The notes under the pieces: model-generated
Told to the model about the DNA's origin: nothing
Databases searched by the model: none
What the model saw: only the letters and a program-made list of their open reading frames with translations
Position numbers and translations under genes: made by a program
Source of the DNA: Bacteroidia bacterium
GTDB lineage: Bacteria > Bacteroidota > Bacteroidia > NS11-12g > UBA9320
Direction: 5' to 3'
Assembly (NCBI GenBank): GCA_017857855.1
Contig: JAFMCI010000002.1
Location: forward strand, 20,727-84,726
Length of the DNA stretch: 64,000 nucleotides
Shown: positions 18,988 to 27,915 of the stretch, piece by piece
How positions within the stretch are numbered: position 1 is the stretch's first letter
Layout of the letters: each line of letters begins with the position of its first letter

Positions 18988-20176
18988 AAATTTCTTGAAA
19001 CTCCTGAATTAAAAGCCCTGCTCTTAGTTTAGGTTCAATGTAGGTACTTTTAGGAGGCAATATTTTATTGCTATCAGCAATTTCAATAACGTCTTCAAAG
19101 GAGCACGGCTTTGTTGTAAATGCGATACTATAAATTTCTGAATCTACTAAGTCTAGTAGTTCATTTAATCCGTTGGAATACGGATGATAATATATCTGAG
19201 AATCTGTTCTGCTATCTTGGATGTCAAAAACACCTTTAACTATTATCTCTTCTAATATCTCTACATCTAACTGATCGCTATGTGATTCATAAGATAAAAG
19301 ATACCATTGCTTATTTATATAAAGACCAAAATGCTTAGACTCTAAAATAGTATAAAGAGGCTTGTCCGATTTCATTATTTTAAAATGACTAGCTAAATCT
19401 GCGATTACTTTTTGAGCATCTAAAGAATGTAACGGCTTTATAAGCCTATGAAATGGATGTATCTGTAACTGATTTTCATGAACAATGTAGCACATTGATT
19501 TATCATTATCTAATCCAGGAATTGAGGCATTAAACTCTGAGGTGCTAGCAGATCTGTGATGTCCATCAGCAATATAAAAGCTTTCTATTTCTGCCATTTC
19601 TTTCTGTAGCTTAGTTACGTCCTCAATACTATCTACTCTCCTTACCACATGGGTTTTATGATCGGCAGAAACGAAACGATATATTTCAGTTGCTTCTAGC
19701 TCATCCAGGTTAATATCACTATTGTGAGCCAAAAGAGTCGGCTCACCCATTATATGAGCTGTTTTAAAAAGTTCTACTAAAAACTTTAATCTACTTGGGC
19801 GTATTTCTTCGTGTTTTTTAATTCTGTTCTCACGATAATCGTCTACACTGCACAACCCTATTACTCCTTTGCAAGATTTTCCAGATGCTGAAATTTGCTC
19901 ATAGATATAAAAAGACTCTTTATCCTCCTTAATCAAAACACCTTGACTTTTCATATTTACAATATACTTTGCCGCAAACGGAAGAAACTTTTCTGGTTCT
20001 TGAAACGCCCCATTAAAGCTCATGTGACTTTTTGTTACATGATGAAAAGTATACGGATTGGTCATCAGTTCATTTACCAAATCTTCTTTAGTAGGATGAT
20101 CTGTAGACTTTGCAGTGACCTTATTAACCATATCGGGCAATGGCCTTAATGCTCTAAACGGAAATATCTTAGGCAA
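18986..20176 (-). CDS. DUF1015 domain protein (function unknown)
   Basis: 396 aa. The N-terminus 'PKIFPFRALRP' is typical of the family. TTG start 4 nt after the serA stop. Confidence 0.6.
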   Translation of the reverse strand: MPKIFPFRALRPLPDMVNKVTAKSTDHPTKEDLVNELMTNPYTFHHVTKSHMSFNGAFQEPEKFLPFAAKYIVNMKSQGVLIKEDKESFYIYEQISASGKSCKGVIGLCSVDDYRENRIKKHEEIRPSRLKFLVELFKTAHIMGEPTLLAHNSDINLDELEATEIYRFVSADHKTHVVRRVDSIEDVTKLQKEMAEIESFYIADGHHRSASTSEFNASIPGLDNDKSMCYIVHENQLQIHPFHRLIKPLHSLDAQKVIADLASHFKIMKSDKPLYTILESKHFGLYINKQWYLLSYESHSDQLDVEILEEIIVKGVFDIQDSRTDSQIYYHPYSNGLNELLDLVDSEIYSIAFTTKPCSFEDVIEIADSNKILPPKSTYIEPKLRAGLLIQEFQEI

Positions 20177-20180
20177 GCAA

Positions 20181-21134
20181 TTATGAATTAAAGAAGTTTA
20201 TGATGTTTTGAGCGAGCTCTATCCCTACTCTTTCTTGCGCTTCTTCTGTAGAAGCTCCAATATGCGGGCTAAGACCAACAGCATTCATTCTTAAAATATC
20301 CGTATTTACCGGCGGCTCTTTTTCAAAAACATCTGTAGCTGCATATTTTACTTTACCAGATTTTATGGCTCCTAAAAGTGCTGCTTCGTTAATGGTTCCT
20401 CCTCGAGCACAATTTACTACACCTACACCGTCTTTCATTTGTTCGAATTCTGGAGTGTCTAATACGTAGCCTTGGCCACCAGGTATATGCAAACTAATAA
20501 AATCAGCATTAGCTAAAAGTTCTTCTTTACTGACTGTTTTTACATTTATGGTGAATTCGTGATTATACACAGGATGTAAGTCAAGGGTAACATCACCTGC
20601 TGTCAAAAAGGGGTCATAAGCTAAAATCTCCATACCACAACCTAGCGCAATCGAAGCTGTAGCTCTACCAATTCTGCCGAAGCCAATTAATCCCAACTTT
20701 TTGCCTTGTAATTCAATGCCTTTGCTGGCTGATTTCTTGAGTGCTCCAAAATCTGAAACTCCGTCAAGACTCATGGCTTTATTAACTGCGGGTAATGATC
20801 TCACGATACCAAAAAGATGTGCCATGGCTAATTCTGCAACAGATCTAGAAGATGCTGCAGGTGTGTTTAGCACCGCAATGTTTTTACTCTTGGCAAAATC
20901 TACGTCTATGTTATCTAATCCTACACCACCTCTACCTATTACCTTAAGATTAGGACTAGCTTCTATAAGTTCGGTGCGCACTTGTGTCGCACTTCGTACA
21001 ATGATAGCGTCATATTCGTTAAGCTTTCCTACTAAATCTGTTTGAGCAATACTATTAGTATCTACTGTATATCCTGCTTTTTCAAGCAACTCAATACCTG
21101 CTTTATGCAGGCCATCATTTATTAATATCTTCAT
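20181..21134 (-). CDS. serA: D-3-phosphoglycerate dehydrogenase (short form, D-2-hydroxyacid dehydrogenase family)
   Basis: NAD fold 'LGLIGFGRIGR' and catalytic region 'NCARGG...TDVFEKEP...SPHIGAST'. Adjacent to serC. Confidence 0.8.
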   Translation of the reverse strand: MKILINDGLHKAGIELLEKAGYTVDTNSIAQTDLVGKLNEYDAIIVRSATQVRTELIEASPNLKVIGRGGVGLDNIDVDFAKSKNIAVLNTPAASSRSVAELAMAHLFGIVRSLPAVNKAMSLDGVSDFGALKKSASKGIELQGKKLGLIGFGRIGRATASIALGCGMEILAYDPFLTAGDVTLDLHPVYNHEFTINVKTVSKEELLANADFISLHIPGGQGYVLDTPEFEQMKDGVGVVNCARGGTINEAALLGAIKSGKVKYAATDVFEKEPPVNTDILRMNAVGLSPHIGASTEEAQERVGIELAQNIINFFNS

Positions 21135-21142
21135 TTTAACCG

Positions 21143-22195
21143 TTATTTAAACGTTTGCATTACGTTAACTAGCACTTTTACACTATCTATACCTAGCGCA
21201 TTATACATACTTGCCCTGTAGCCTCCTACGCTTCTATGACCTTTTAATCCACTAATATTTGCATCTTTAATTGCCAATGCAAATGCTTCATCCACAGCTT
21301 CAGTTGCACATTTAAAAGTAATATTCATTTTAGAACGATCTTCTATCGCCGTAGTACCAATGAAATTTGGATTTGTATCAATCTCAGTATATAATAGGTT
21401 GGCCTTTGCCGTATTTAATTTTTCAATGTTGGCTAAACCTTGCTCATCAATCCATCTCAAAGTGTGCATACAACCAAATACAGCAAATACAGAGGGGGTA
21501 TTAAACATAGATTCACCTTTTATATGTGTATTGTAATCAAGCATAGTGGGCAGGTAGCGTGTCACTTTACCTAAAAGTCCTTTTTTAATCACTACAAGTG
21601 TTGTACCCGCTGGACCCATATTTTTTTGAGCTCCTGCGTATATCAAATCAAATTGTGTAAAATCAAGTTCTCTACTAAAAATATCAGAGCTCATATCGCA
21701 TATCATGGGTACATCGCACTTCGGAAAATGATGCATTTGCGTTCCAAATATGGTGTTATTTGAAGTACAATGGAAGTAATCGTAATCTGAGCCAATTACG
21801 TAATCCTTTGGGATGTAATTGAAATTTTGATCTTCTGAAGACCCCAGAACATCTACTTTACCAAAAGCCTTCGCTTCTTTAATCGCGTTTTTAGCCCAAG
21901 TACCGGTGTTGGTATAAGCCGCTTTATTCTCCAGCAAGTTCATAGACACCATCAAAAATTGCATGCTGGCTCCACCTTGAAGAAAAAGAACATCATAATC
22001 ATCGTTTAATCGCATGATTTTTTTTACTAGACTGCATGCCTCATCCATAACAGCTACGAATTCTTTCCCTCTGTGTGACACTTCTATCAGTGATAGGTTT
22101 GTGCCTTCAAAATTTTGAAGTGCCTGAATACAGCTATCTAATACCACTTGTGGCAAGATGGCAGGACCCGCCGAAAAATTATGTACTTTGCTCAT
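21143..22195 (-). CDS. serC: 3-phosphoserine aminotransferase
   Basis: 'HNFSAGPAILP' N-terminus, PLP-lysine context 'YAGAQKNMGPAG', and 'HRSVGGYRASMYNA'. Confidence 0.9.
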   Translation of the reverse strand: MSKVHNFSAGPAILPQVVLDSCIQALQNFEGTNLSLIEVSHRGKEFVAVMDEACSLVKKIMRLNDDYDVLFLQGGASMQFLMVSMNLLENKAAYTNTGTWAKNAIKEAKAFGKVDVLGSSEDQNFNYIPKDYVIGSDYDYFHCTSNNTIFGTQMHHFPKCDVPMICDMSSDIFSRELDFTQFDLIYAGAQKNMGPAGTTLVVIKKGLLGKVTRYLPTMLDYNTHIKGESMFNTPSVFAVFGCMHTLRWIDEQGLANIEKLNTAKANLLYTEIDTNPNFIGTTAIEDRSKMNITFKCATEAVDEAFALAIKDANISGLKGHRSVGGYRASMYNALGIDSVKVLVNVMQTFK

Positions 22196-22250
22196 ATAAA
22201 AATAATTAGAGCAAAACTATTTATTTCTTGTTATTTGCACCATCAAGAAC

Positions 22251-23165
22251 TTGAAACTTAGAAGAAAAATAGAGAAGAAATTAATTAATCTAGATAAGGT
22301 ACTAGACCAACGACTTGCACTTGTTAGTTTTCCTGGGTTTAAAGGCAAATCAATTTATCAAGTTGGTAAGTTTTTTTTGAATGGTTTATTTCAAGAAAGC
22401 TTAAATCTAAGGGCTTCTTCTTTAGCTTTCAACTTCTTTATTGCTTTATTCCCTTTAATCATTTTTTTGTTTACGCTTATTCCTTACGTTCCCATTGAAA
22501 ATTTAGATCAACTTATTACAGATTTAATAGATAAAGCTTTACCTAAGAATGCATCTGCATTTTTGAATGAAACCATTCAAGACATTTTAACCAATCAGAA
22601 TGCGGGTTTACTTTCCTTTGGTTTTATAGCTGCCTTATACTTTTCTAGTAATGGATTTGCTTCGTTAATCGCGGCATTTGATCAGAGTGTTCATTACAAA
22701 AAACAACGCAACTGGTTAGCCATACGCACTAAAAGTATTGGTCTACTTTTCATTGTAATTACACTGCTTATATCAGCTATTCTGCTCTCTGTTGTTTTTT
22801 CGTACGGTTTAAGTCTGTTAGAAGTAAAAGTGTCTTTGAATGATCAATTTACCCTCACTTTACTAAAACTAGTAGAATTTACCTTGACGTTAGCCCTAGT
22901 TTATTTTATTTATAGCTCTATCTATTATTTTGGCTCACACAAAGAGTCTGAATGGCGATTCTTTTCAGCGGGGAGTACTGTTGCCACTGTTCTGTCCTTT
23001 GTAACTACTTATGGTTTTCGCATCTATGTAGAGAATTTTAATTCGTACAATAAACTATATGGTTCAGTAGGAACTTTACTTGTGCTTATGCTGCTCATAT
23101 ATTTCAATTGTTTTGTTATTCTTATAGGTTATGAGCTCAACCGCAGTATAGATAAAGCCAGCTAA
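22251..23165 (+). CDS. YihY/BrkB family membrane protein
   Basis: 'LRASSLAFNFFIALFPLIIF' and about 6 TM helices. TTG start. Confidence 0.7.
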   Translation: MKLRRKIEKKLINLDKVLDQRLALVSFPGFKGKSIYQVGKFFLNGLFQESLNLRASSLAFNFFIALFPLIIFLFTLIPYVPIENLDQLITDLIDKALPKNASAFLNETIQDILTNQNAGLLSFGFIAALYFSSNGFASLIAAFDQSVHYKKQRNWLAIRTKSIGLLFIVITLLISAILLSVVFSYGLSLLEVKVSLNDQFTLTLLKLVEFTLTLALVYFIYSSIYYFGSHKESEWRFFSAGSTVATVLSFVTTYGFRIYVENFNSYNKLYGSVGTLLVLMLLIYFNCFVILIGYELNRSIDKAS

Positions 23166-23294
23166 GCTTAGCTGCTCTTTTCCTTTTGATTTAAAGAGAC
23201 CAAGAAGCTAGGAAAGTTATACATACAAAAATAATCTAATGTATTCCTGGTCTAGGTAATATCTAAAAAGCTAATAACAACTAAATTTTAGGAT

Positions 23295-23328
23295 AAAAAA
23301 AAGCTTCAACAAACCGTTGAAGCTTTTT
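23295..23328. terminator. Bidirectional rho-independent terminator (tRNA-Ser / yihY-like)
   Basis: A-run, then stem AAGCTTCAAC/GTTGAAGCTT, then T-run. Confidence 0.7.
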
Positions 23329-23337
23329 ACTTAGTTG

Positions 23338-23422
23338 CGGAGGCGGTAGGATTCGAACCTACGGACCTGTAACAGTCAACAGTTTTCAAGACTGCCGCAT
23401 TCGACCACTCTGCCACGCCTCC
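23338..23422 (-). tRNA. tRNA-Ser (anticodon UGA)
   Basis: Hand-folded cloverleaf. Acceptor GGAGGCG/CGCCTCC. Anticodon loop CT-TGA-AA. Long variable arm. T-arm GTAGG-TTCGAAT-CCTAC. No encoded CCA. Confidence 0.9.
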
Positions 23423-23468
23423 TTTATACTTATTAGAAATAAACATATCCTATTTCCCTAAGCGGGTG

Positions 23469-23476
23469 CAAAGATA
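23469..23476 (-). promoter_or_regulatory. -7 box TATCTTTG (minus strand) upstream of tRNA-Ser
   Basis: Exact TAnnTTTG, 46 nt upstream of the mature tRNA 5' end. Confidence 0.4.
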
Positions 23477-23547
23477 TTCAAATACTTTTTTTTACAAATT
23501 AAATTTCCAAAAAGTCGAATAAAAATTTAATCTCAGCATTTTAGGCC

Positions 23548-24459
23548 TCACCTACTCATTCGTCTTCTCTTCACCAAGAAAGGAATAAACGTAGATTCCA
23601 CGGGCAAGCTTGTATCAGCCTCGACATAATCTATTTTATATTGTGAAAATCTTGATTTTAAATTTGATGTGTAGACCTTCATGCGTTCTACATACAGCGC
23701 CTTAATGTCATTTGGCTGTAGTTTCAAAGACTCGCCGCTTTCAGCGTCTATAAAGTGTACTGGTGAATGGCCAAACTCAAAGCTAATCTCACTGGATCTG
23801 TGTAACGTATGAAACACAATAACCTCGTGTTTACGGTGCTTTAGGTGTTTAATAGCATCAAATAACTTTTCAATATCACGGTTTTCTTCCAAAAAATCAG
23901 TAAACAAGATTACTAAACTTCGTTTGTGTATTTGAGCAGCTATAGTATGCAACGTCTCCGAAATATCTGTAGTTTTTTGAGCGGACTTATAAGTTAAGTA
24001 GGTTTCAAGTTGATGCGTCAGTTCTTTGTAATGCCTTGATGATGAGGCGATTTTACTTGAGGCTATCACGCTGTCATCAAAATACACAATACCACTGGCA
24101 TCTCTTTGTTTTTTAAGCAATTGCAGAAAAACCGCTGAAGACCAAATAGCATATTGTAGTTTACTAAGTGAATCCTTCTCTTCTATTTGCATTGACGATG
24201 AAACATCAATAATAATTTGGCATCTTAAGTTAGTTTCTTCATCAAAACGTTTGGTGTAGAGCTTGTCCGTGCGTCCAAACAACTTCCAATCTATATTTCG
24301 AGTACTCTCTCCTACATTATATTGCCTGTGTTCGGCAAACTCTACCGAAAAACCGTGAAATGGACTCTTGTGTAATCCTGTAATAAATCCCTCTACTGCC
24401 TTGTTGGCTAGTAAGTCTAGATTTCCGGTGTTTAGTATTTCTTGCTTATTTATTTTCAT
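23548..24459 (-). CDS. DUF58 domain protein (vWA-like, MoxR-associated family)
   Basis: 'HGFSVEFAEHRQYNVGES' and 'IIIDVSSSM' are typical DUF58 motifs. Confidence 0.7.
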   Translation of the reverse strand: MKINKQEILNTGNLDLLANKAVEGFITGLHKSPFHGFSVEFAEHRQYNVGESTRNIDWKLFGRTDKLYTKRFDEETNLRCQIIIDVSSSMQIEEKDSLSKLQYAIWSSAVFLQLLKKQRDASGIVYFDDSVIASSKIASSSRHYKELTHQLETYLTYKSAQKTTDISETLHTIAAQIHKRSLVILFTDFLEENRDIEKLFDAIKHLKHRKHEVIVFHTLHRSSEISFEFGHSPVHFIDAESGESLKLQPNDIKALYVERMKVYTSNLKSRFSQYKIDYVEADTSLPVESTFIPFLVKRRRMSR

Positions 24460-24496
24460 AAAAAAACGGTATAACTCGCTGGCGAGATATACCGTT
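24460..24496 (-). terminator. Rho-independent terminator of trxA
   Basis: 15-bp stem AACGGTATAACTCGC/GCGAGATATACCGTT with one mismatch, followed on the minus strand by a T-run. Confidence 0.8.
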
Positions 24497-24520
24497 CAAT
24501 AATACAATTTGTAACTCAGA

Positions 24521-24844
24521 TTAAGCTAATTGATTTTTAATCTTATCTTCAATAGTAACCTTAGGCACTGCTCCTACTATTTTGTCAACTACTTCACCAT
24601 TTTTAAAAACCAATAACGTTGGTATACTTCTGATACCATACTTCATAGGTGTTGCAGAGTTAAGATCTATATTCATTTTACCAATTATTGCTTTCCCATC
24701 ATATTCAACGGCTAGTTCCTCTACTACAGGACCTATCATTTTACACGGACCGCACCACTCTGCCCAAAAATCAACCAAAACTGGTGTGTCTCCGCTGTTT
24801 AATACTTGTTCTTCAAAATTTGAATCTGAAAATTCTAATGCCAT
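24521..24844 (-). CDS. trxA: Thioredoxin
   Basis: 107 aa with the 'WAEWCGPCK' active site. Confidence 0.95.
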   Translation of the reverse strand: MALEFSDSNFEEQVLNSGDTPVLVDFWAEWCGPCKMIGPVVEELAVEYDGKAIIGKMNIDLNSATPMKYGIRSIPTLLVFKNGEVVDKIVGAVPKVTIEDKIKNQLA

Positions 24845-24930
24845 AATTTTTTATTTTTATTCTTAGTGCGAAAGTACATTCAATGGCTAACTTTTAGCAT
24901 CAATAAATGATATAGAGATATAAACAGATA

Positions 24931-26103
24931 CTACACTTGTGTATTCAGCTCTATTCTGAATCTAGTTCCTTTTCCCAAATCACTGCTCTTAACATATATT
25001 TTGCCGTTGTGATAATTTTCAATTATTCGTTTTACAAGTGACAAGCCTAACCCCCAGCCTCTTTTTTTGGTCGTATAACCAGGCTTAAAAATAGTTTTAA
25101 ATTTATTAGCTGCTATTCCTTTGCCATTATCTACCACGTCAAAAACAACAGAATTGGGAAGTATTTGATCAATCTCAAAATAGATCTGCCCCTCTCCATC
25201 CATGGCATCTACAGCATTTTTACATAGATTTTCGACTACCCAAGCAAAAAGGGGCTTATTTACATTAACTGAAACTTTTTTAAAAAGCTCTTCGTTTTTT
25301 AAACTGATATCCACCTTTATGGATGTTCTATTATTGATATAGCTTACACTTTCTTCTAAAACATCATATAAATTATAGGAGACTAGCGTAGGCTCAGAAC
25401 CAATCTTGGAAAATCTTTCGGTAATAAGACTTAAGCGCTGCATGTCATGATCGATTTCATCTAGCACTTTTTGAGGCACATTATTCTCACTTTCTTTTAG
25501 ATAATCTACCCAACCCATTAAGGAACTTATGGGCGTTCCCAGTTGATGTGCTGTTTCCTTACTCATTCCGGCCCACACCTTATTTTGTTCACTCGTTCGG
25601 CTATAGCTAAAAGCGAAATAACTCATTACTAAAAATAAACCAATAACGCCTAACTGAAAATACGGATAAACCTTAAGCTGACTTAACAATAAAGAATTTT
25701 CATAATAAATAATATTCTTTTTTCCGTCATCTAATAATACCTCAATCGGCTCATTTTGAGCCCTCATATCTTCTATTTTTTTCTCGATTTTTTTGCTTTT
25801 TACCGAAAGTGTACTATCCAAATTACGAGAACCAATTACTTCTCCTTTTTCATTGGTTAGAATAACTGGAATGGTTGTATTACCTTGAATTATTTCATAA
25901 ATAAAATTAATATCATTATCCCCCTCCGATGCTGCAATTTGCCGTGTAGCATTCGCCCATGTCGCTATTTTTTCACGTTCTTGACTTGCTAATTTTTTTA
26001 CTAAATTATTGGTAAACCACAGCGAAGAGAAGCCAATTAAAAAAGCAAAAAACAATAGTGCGACTTTGATAAATCCTTTTATTTCGTAATTATTTAGTTT
26101 CAA
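24931..26103 (-). CDS. Orphan two-TM sensor histidine kinase
   Basis: Two TM segments flank a roughly 120-aa extracytoplasmic region. H-box 'AHQLGTPISSL', N-box 'NLCKNAVDAM', G-boxes 'DNGKGI' and 'GWGLGLS'. No adjacent response regulator. Confidence 0.8.
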   Translation of the reverse strand: MKLNNYEIKGFIKVALLFFAFLIGFSSLWFTNNLVKKLASQEREKIATWANATRQIAASEGDNDINFIYEIIQGNTTIPVILTNEKGEVIGSRNLDSTLSVKSKKIEKKIEDMRAQNEPIEVLLDDGKKNIIYYENSLLLSQLKVYPYFQLGVIGLFLVMSYFAFSYSRTSEQNKVWAGMSKETAHQLGTPISSLMGWVDYLKESENNVPQKVLDEIDHDMQRLSLITERFSKIGSEPTLVSYNLYDVLEESVSYINNRTSIKVDISLKNEELFKKVSVNVNKPLFAWVVENLCKNAVDAMDGEGQIYFEIDQILPNSVVFDVVDNGKGIAANKFKTIFKPGYTTKKRGWGLGLSLVKRIIENYHNGKIYVKSSDLGKGTRFRIELNTQV

Positions 26104-26150
26104 TTGAGCCTCGAAATTAGTTAAGACAACTTAATAATCACGTAAAAAAG

Positions 26151-26158
26151 TATTTTTG
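26151..26158 (+). promoter_or_regulatory. -7 box TATTTTTG
   Basis: Exact TAnnTTTG 5 nt before the GTG at 26164. Confidence 0.4.
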
Positions 26159-26163
26159 CCCGC

Positions 26164-26907
26164 GTGATTCTAACATTTACACATTCCAACAGAAGCTTTA
26201 CAGCAGACATTAATAAACCCTTAGATATAAGTATATCCGTACATCGAGACCACAGCGTATCTAGTTTTGGTATAGCAGGAGCTATATACAAAGACTATGT
26301 TGCCGGGGATTTAATTGGGAATAAAGCCTTAGGTGGACCTTGTAACCTGGAAACTATAACTTTTACGCCTCATGGTAATAGCACACATACTGAATGTCTT
26401 GGGCACATTGCCGATGAATCATATTTTGTAAACGACTGCATCAATGATCGGTTTTATCTGTCGACATTGTGGTCTTTATCAGTGGCTGAAGATGGATTAT
26501 ACTTAAATTTCGATGCGCAGGACTTCAACACATTAAAAAATGTAGATGCGCTCATTATACGAACATTGCCAAATCCTATTCAAAAATTGAATGAAGATTA
26601 CAGTGGGAAAAATGCTCCAGCTATACGTACTACAGATATGCAAAAAATAGTGGATTTAGGGATTAATCATCTCCTTATAGACTTGCCATCTGTAGATCCT
26701 GAATGGGATAATGGAGCGCTAGCCTCGCACCATATATATTGGAATTACCCTGATAATCCTAGGTTGGATGCCTCCATAACGGAGTTTGCCTTTGTGCGTG
26801 ATGACATTCAGGATGGTGAGTATCTTCTAAAGTTAAATGTGAGCAATTTTGAGTCAGATGCAGCGCCAAGCAGGCCAGTGTTATACCCTATTATTTCACT
26901 AAAATAA
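26164..26907 (+). CDS. Cyclase family protein (kynurenine formamidase-like fold)
   Basis: 'HGNSTHTECLGH' resembles the HxGTHxDxPxH metal motif of the cyclase family. Weak call made by eye. Confidence 0.45.
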   Translation: MILTFTHSNRSFTADINKPLDISISVHRDHSVSSFGIAGAIYKDYVAGDLIGNKALGGPCNLETITFTPHGNSTHTECLGHIADESYFVNDCINDRFYLSTLWSLSVAEDGLYLNFDAQDFNTLKNVDALIIRTLPNPIQKLNEDYSGKNAPAIRTTDMQKIVDLGINHLLIDLPSVDPEWDNGALASHHIYWNYPDNPRLDASITEFAFVRDDIQDGEYLLKLNVSNFESDAAPSRPVLYPIISLK

Positions 26908-26908
26908 G

Positions 26909-27913
26909 TTGAGCGAAAAGGTATTATATTTCAAATCTTGGTTAGCCAGTAAGTATATTAACCTACTTGGCAATAAGAATCATACGTTCAATTCTATACT
27001 CATTATTAAATTGGATGAAATAGGAGATTTGGTTACCGCCTTACCTGTATTTTATGCGCTTCACAAACGCTACCCTCAAGCACAGCAAACATTGGTTTGC
27101 AAGTCATTTAATACTGTTTTTTTTGAGCACATAGATTACGTTCAATGCGTGACAGCATTTGAGACAGTAAACAAAAATCAATACGACTTGATAGTAGATT
27201 TAAGGGGAAACATAGAGACTATTTCTTATGCACTAAACGTAAGACCAAAATACCGACTTGATAGAGGATCTATACGACTTAAAAATAAATTCTTCGGGGG
27301 CCAAAAAAATGAGATTGATACAAATCTCGAGGTAATTTCTCCGCTTACGGGGGCAAATGTAGATGCCTCCAACCCAATAATTGTATCACACAAAAACCGT
27401 GAAACGGTTACGCAATATCTTAGTAAACATGCTGTAGATAAATACATTATAATACACTTAGGAGCCCGTGATGCCGCAAGAAGATGGCCTATTGATAGAT
27501 TTTCAGCCATTATCAACTACCTTAATGAAGTGTTTGAATTGCCTTGCTTTTTAGTAGGAGGCCCAGATGATGATGAGCTTAATCAGCGTTGCTTATCGCA
27601 GGTGGTGAGTCAAATAAACTTCAACGTGGTGGGTGAATTTAATTTGCTTGAATACGCTGCCCTCTGCGAAAAAGCAAGCTTGTTTATTGGAAATGAAAGC
27701 GGTCCTTTGCACATTGCTGCTGCCATGAACATTCCTAATATTGCTTTATTTGGCCCAGGCGTAAAGGCTGTTTTTTACCCCAAAAACGAGCAAAGTATTG
27801 TACATCATTACTTGTTATCCAAAGGTCACAAACAACAAACGATTGAAAATTCTACCATATTCCATATCACCGTGGAAGAGGTAAAAAAGAGCATAAATAA
27901 ACTGTTAAAGTAG
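26909..27913 (+). CDS. Glycosyltransferase family 9 (heptosyltransferase-like)
   Basis: 'LDEIGDLVTALPVF' N-terminal region and 'GNESGPLHIAAAM' C-terminal motif. Starts 2 nt after the preceding stop. Confidence 0.7.
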   Translation: MSEKVLYFKSWLASKYINLLGNKNHTFNSILIIKLDEIGDLVTALPVFYALHKRYPQAQQTLVCKSFNTVFFEHIDYVQCVTAFETVNKNQYDLIVDLRGNIETISYALNVRPKYRLDRGSIRLKNKFFGGQKNEIDTNLEVISPLTGANVDASNPIIVSHKNRETVTQYLSKHAVDKYIIIHLGARDAARRWPIDRFSAIINYLNEVFELPCFLVGGPDDDELNQRCLSQVVSQINFNVVGEFNLLEYAALCEKASLFIGNESGPLHIAAAMNIPNIALFGPGVKAVFYPKNEQSIVHHYLLSKGHKQQTIENSTIFHITVEEVKKSINKLLK

Positions 27914-27915
27914 TT

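Noticed and set aside
20701-21045. Long antisense ORFs inside well-supported genes, for example 20701-21045 in serA, 10477-10818 in htrA, 2243-2560 in pepD, 7922-8239 in ruvB and 29059-29376 in fadD.
   Set aside because: They lie wholly within genes whose opposite-strand products show clear family motifs. Their translations are low-complexity (Ser/Ile/Leu-rich), which is typical of shadow frames in AT-rich DNA.
23159-23174. A perfect 16-bp palindrome CAGCTAAGCTTAGCTG spanning the stop codon of the YihY-like gene.
   Set aside because: By rough expectation, about one perfect 16-bp palindrome is expected by chance in 64 kb. It has no second copy or associated feature, and the real terminator lies 120 nt downstream.
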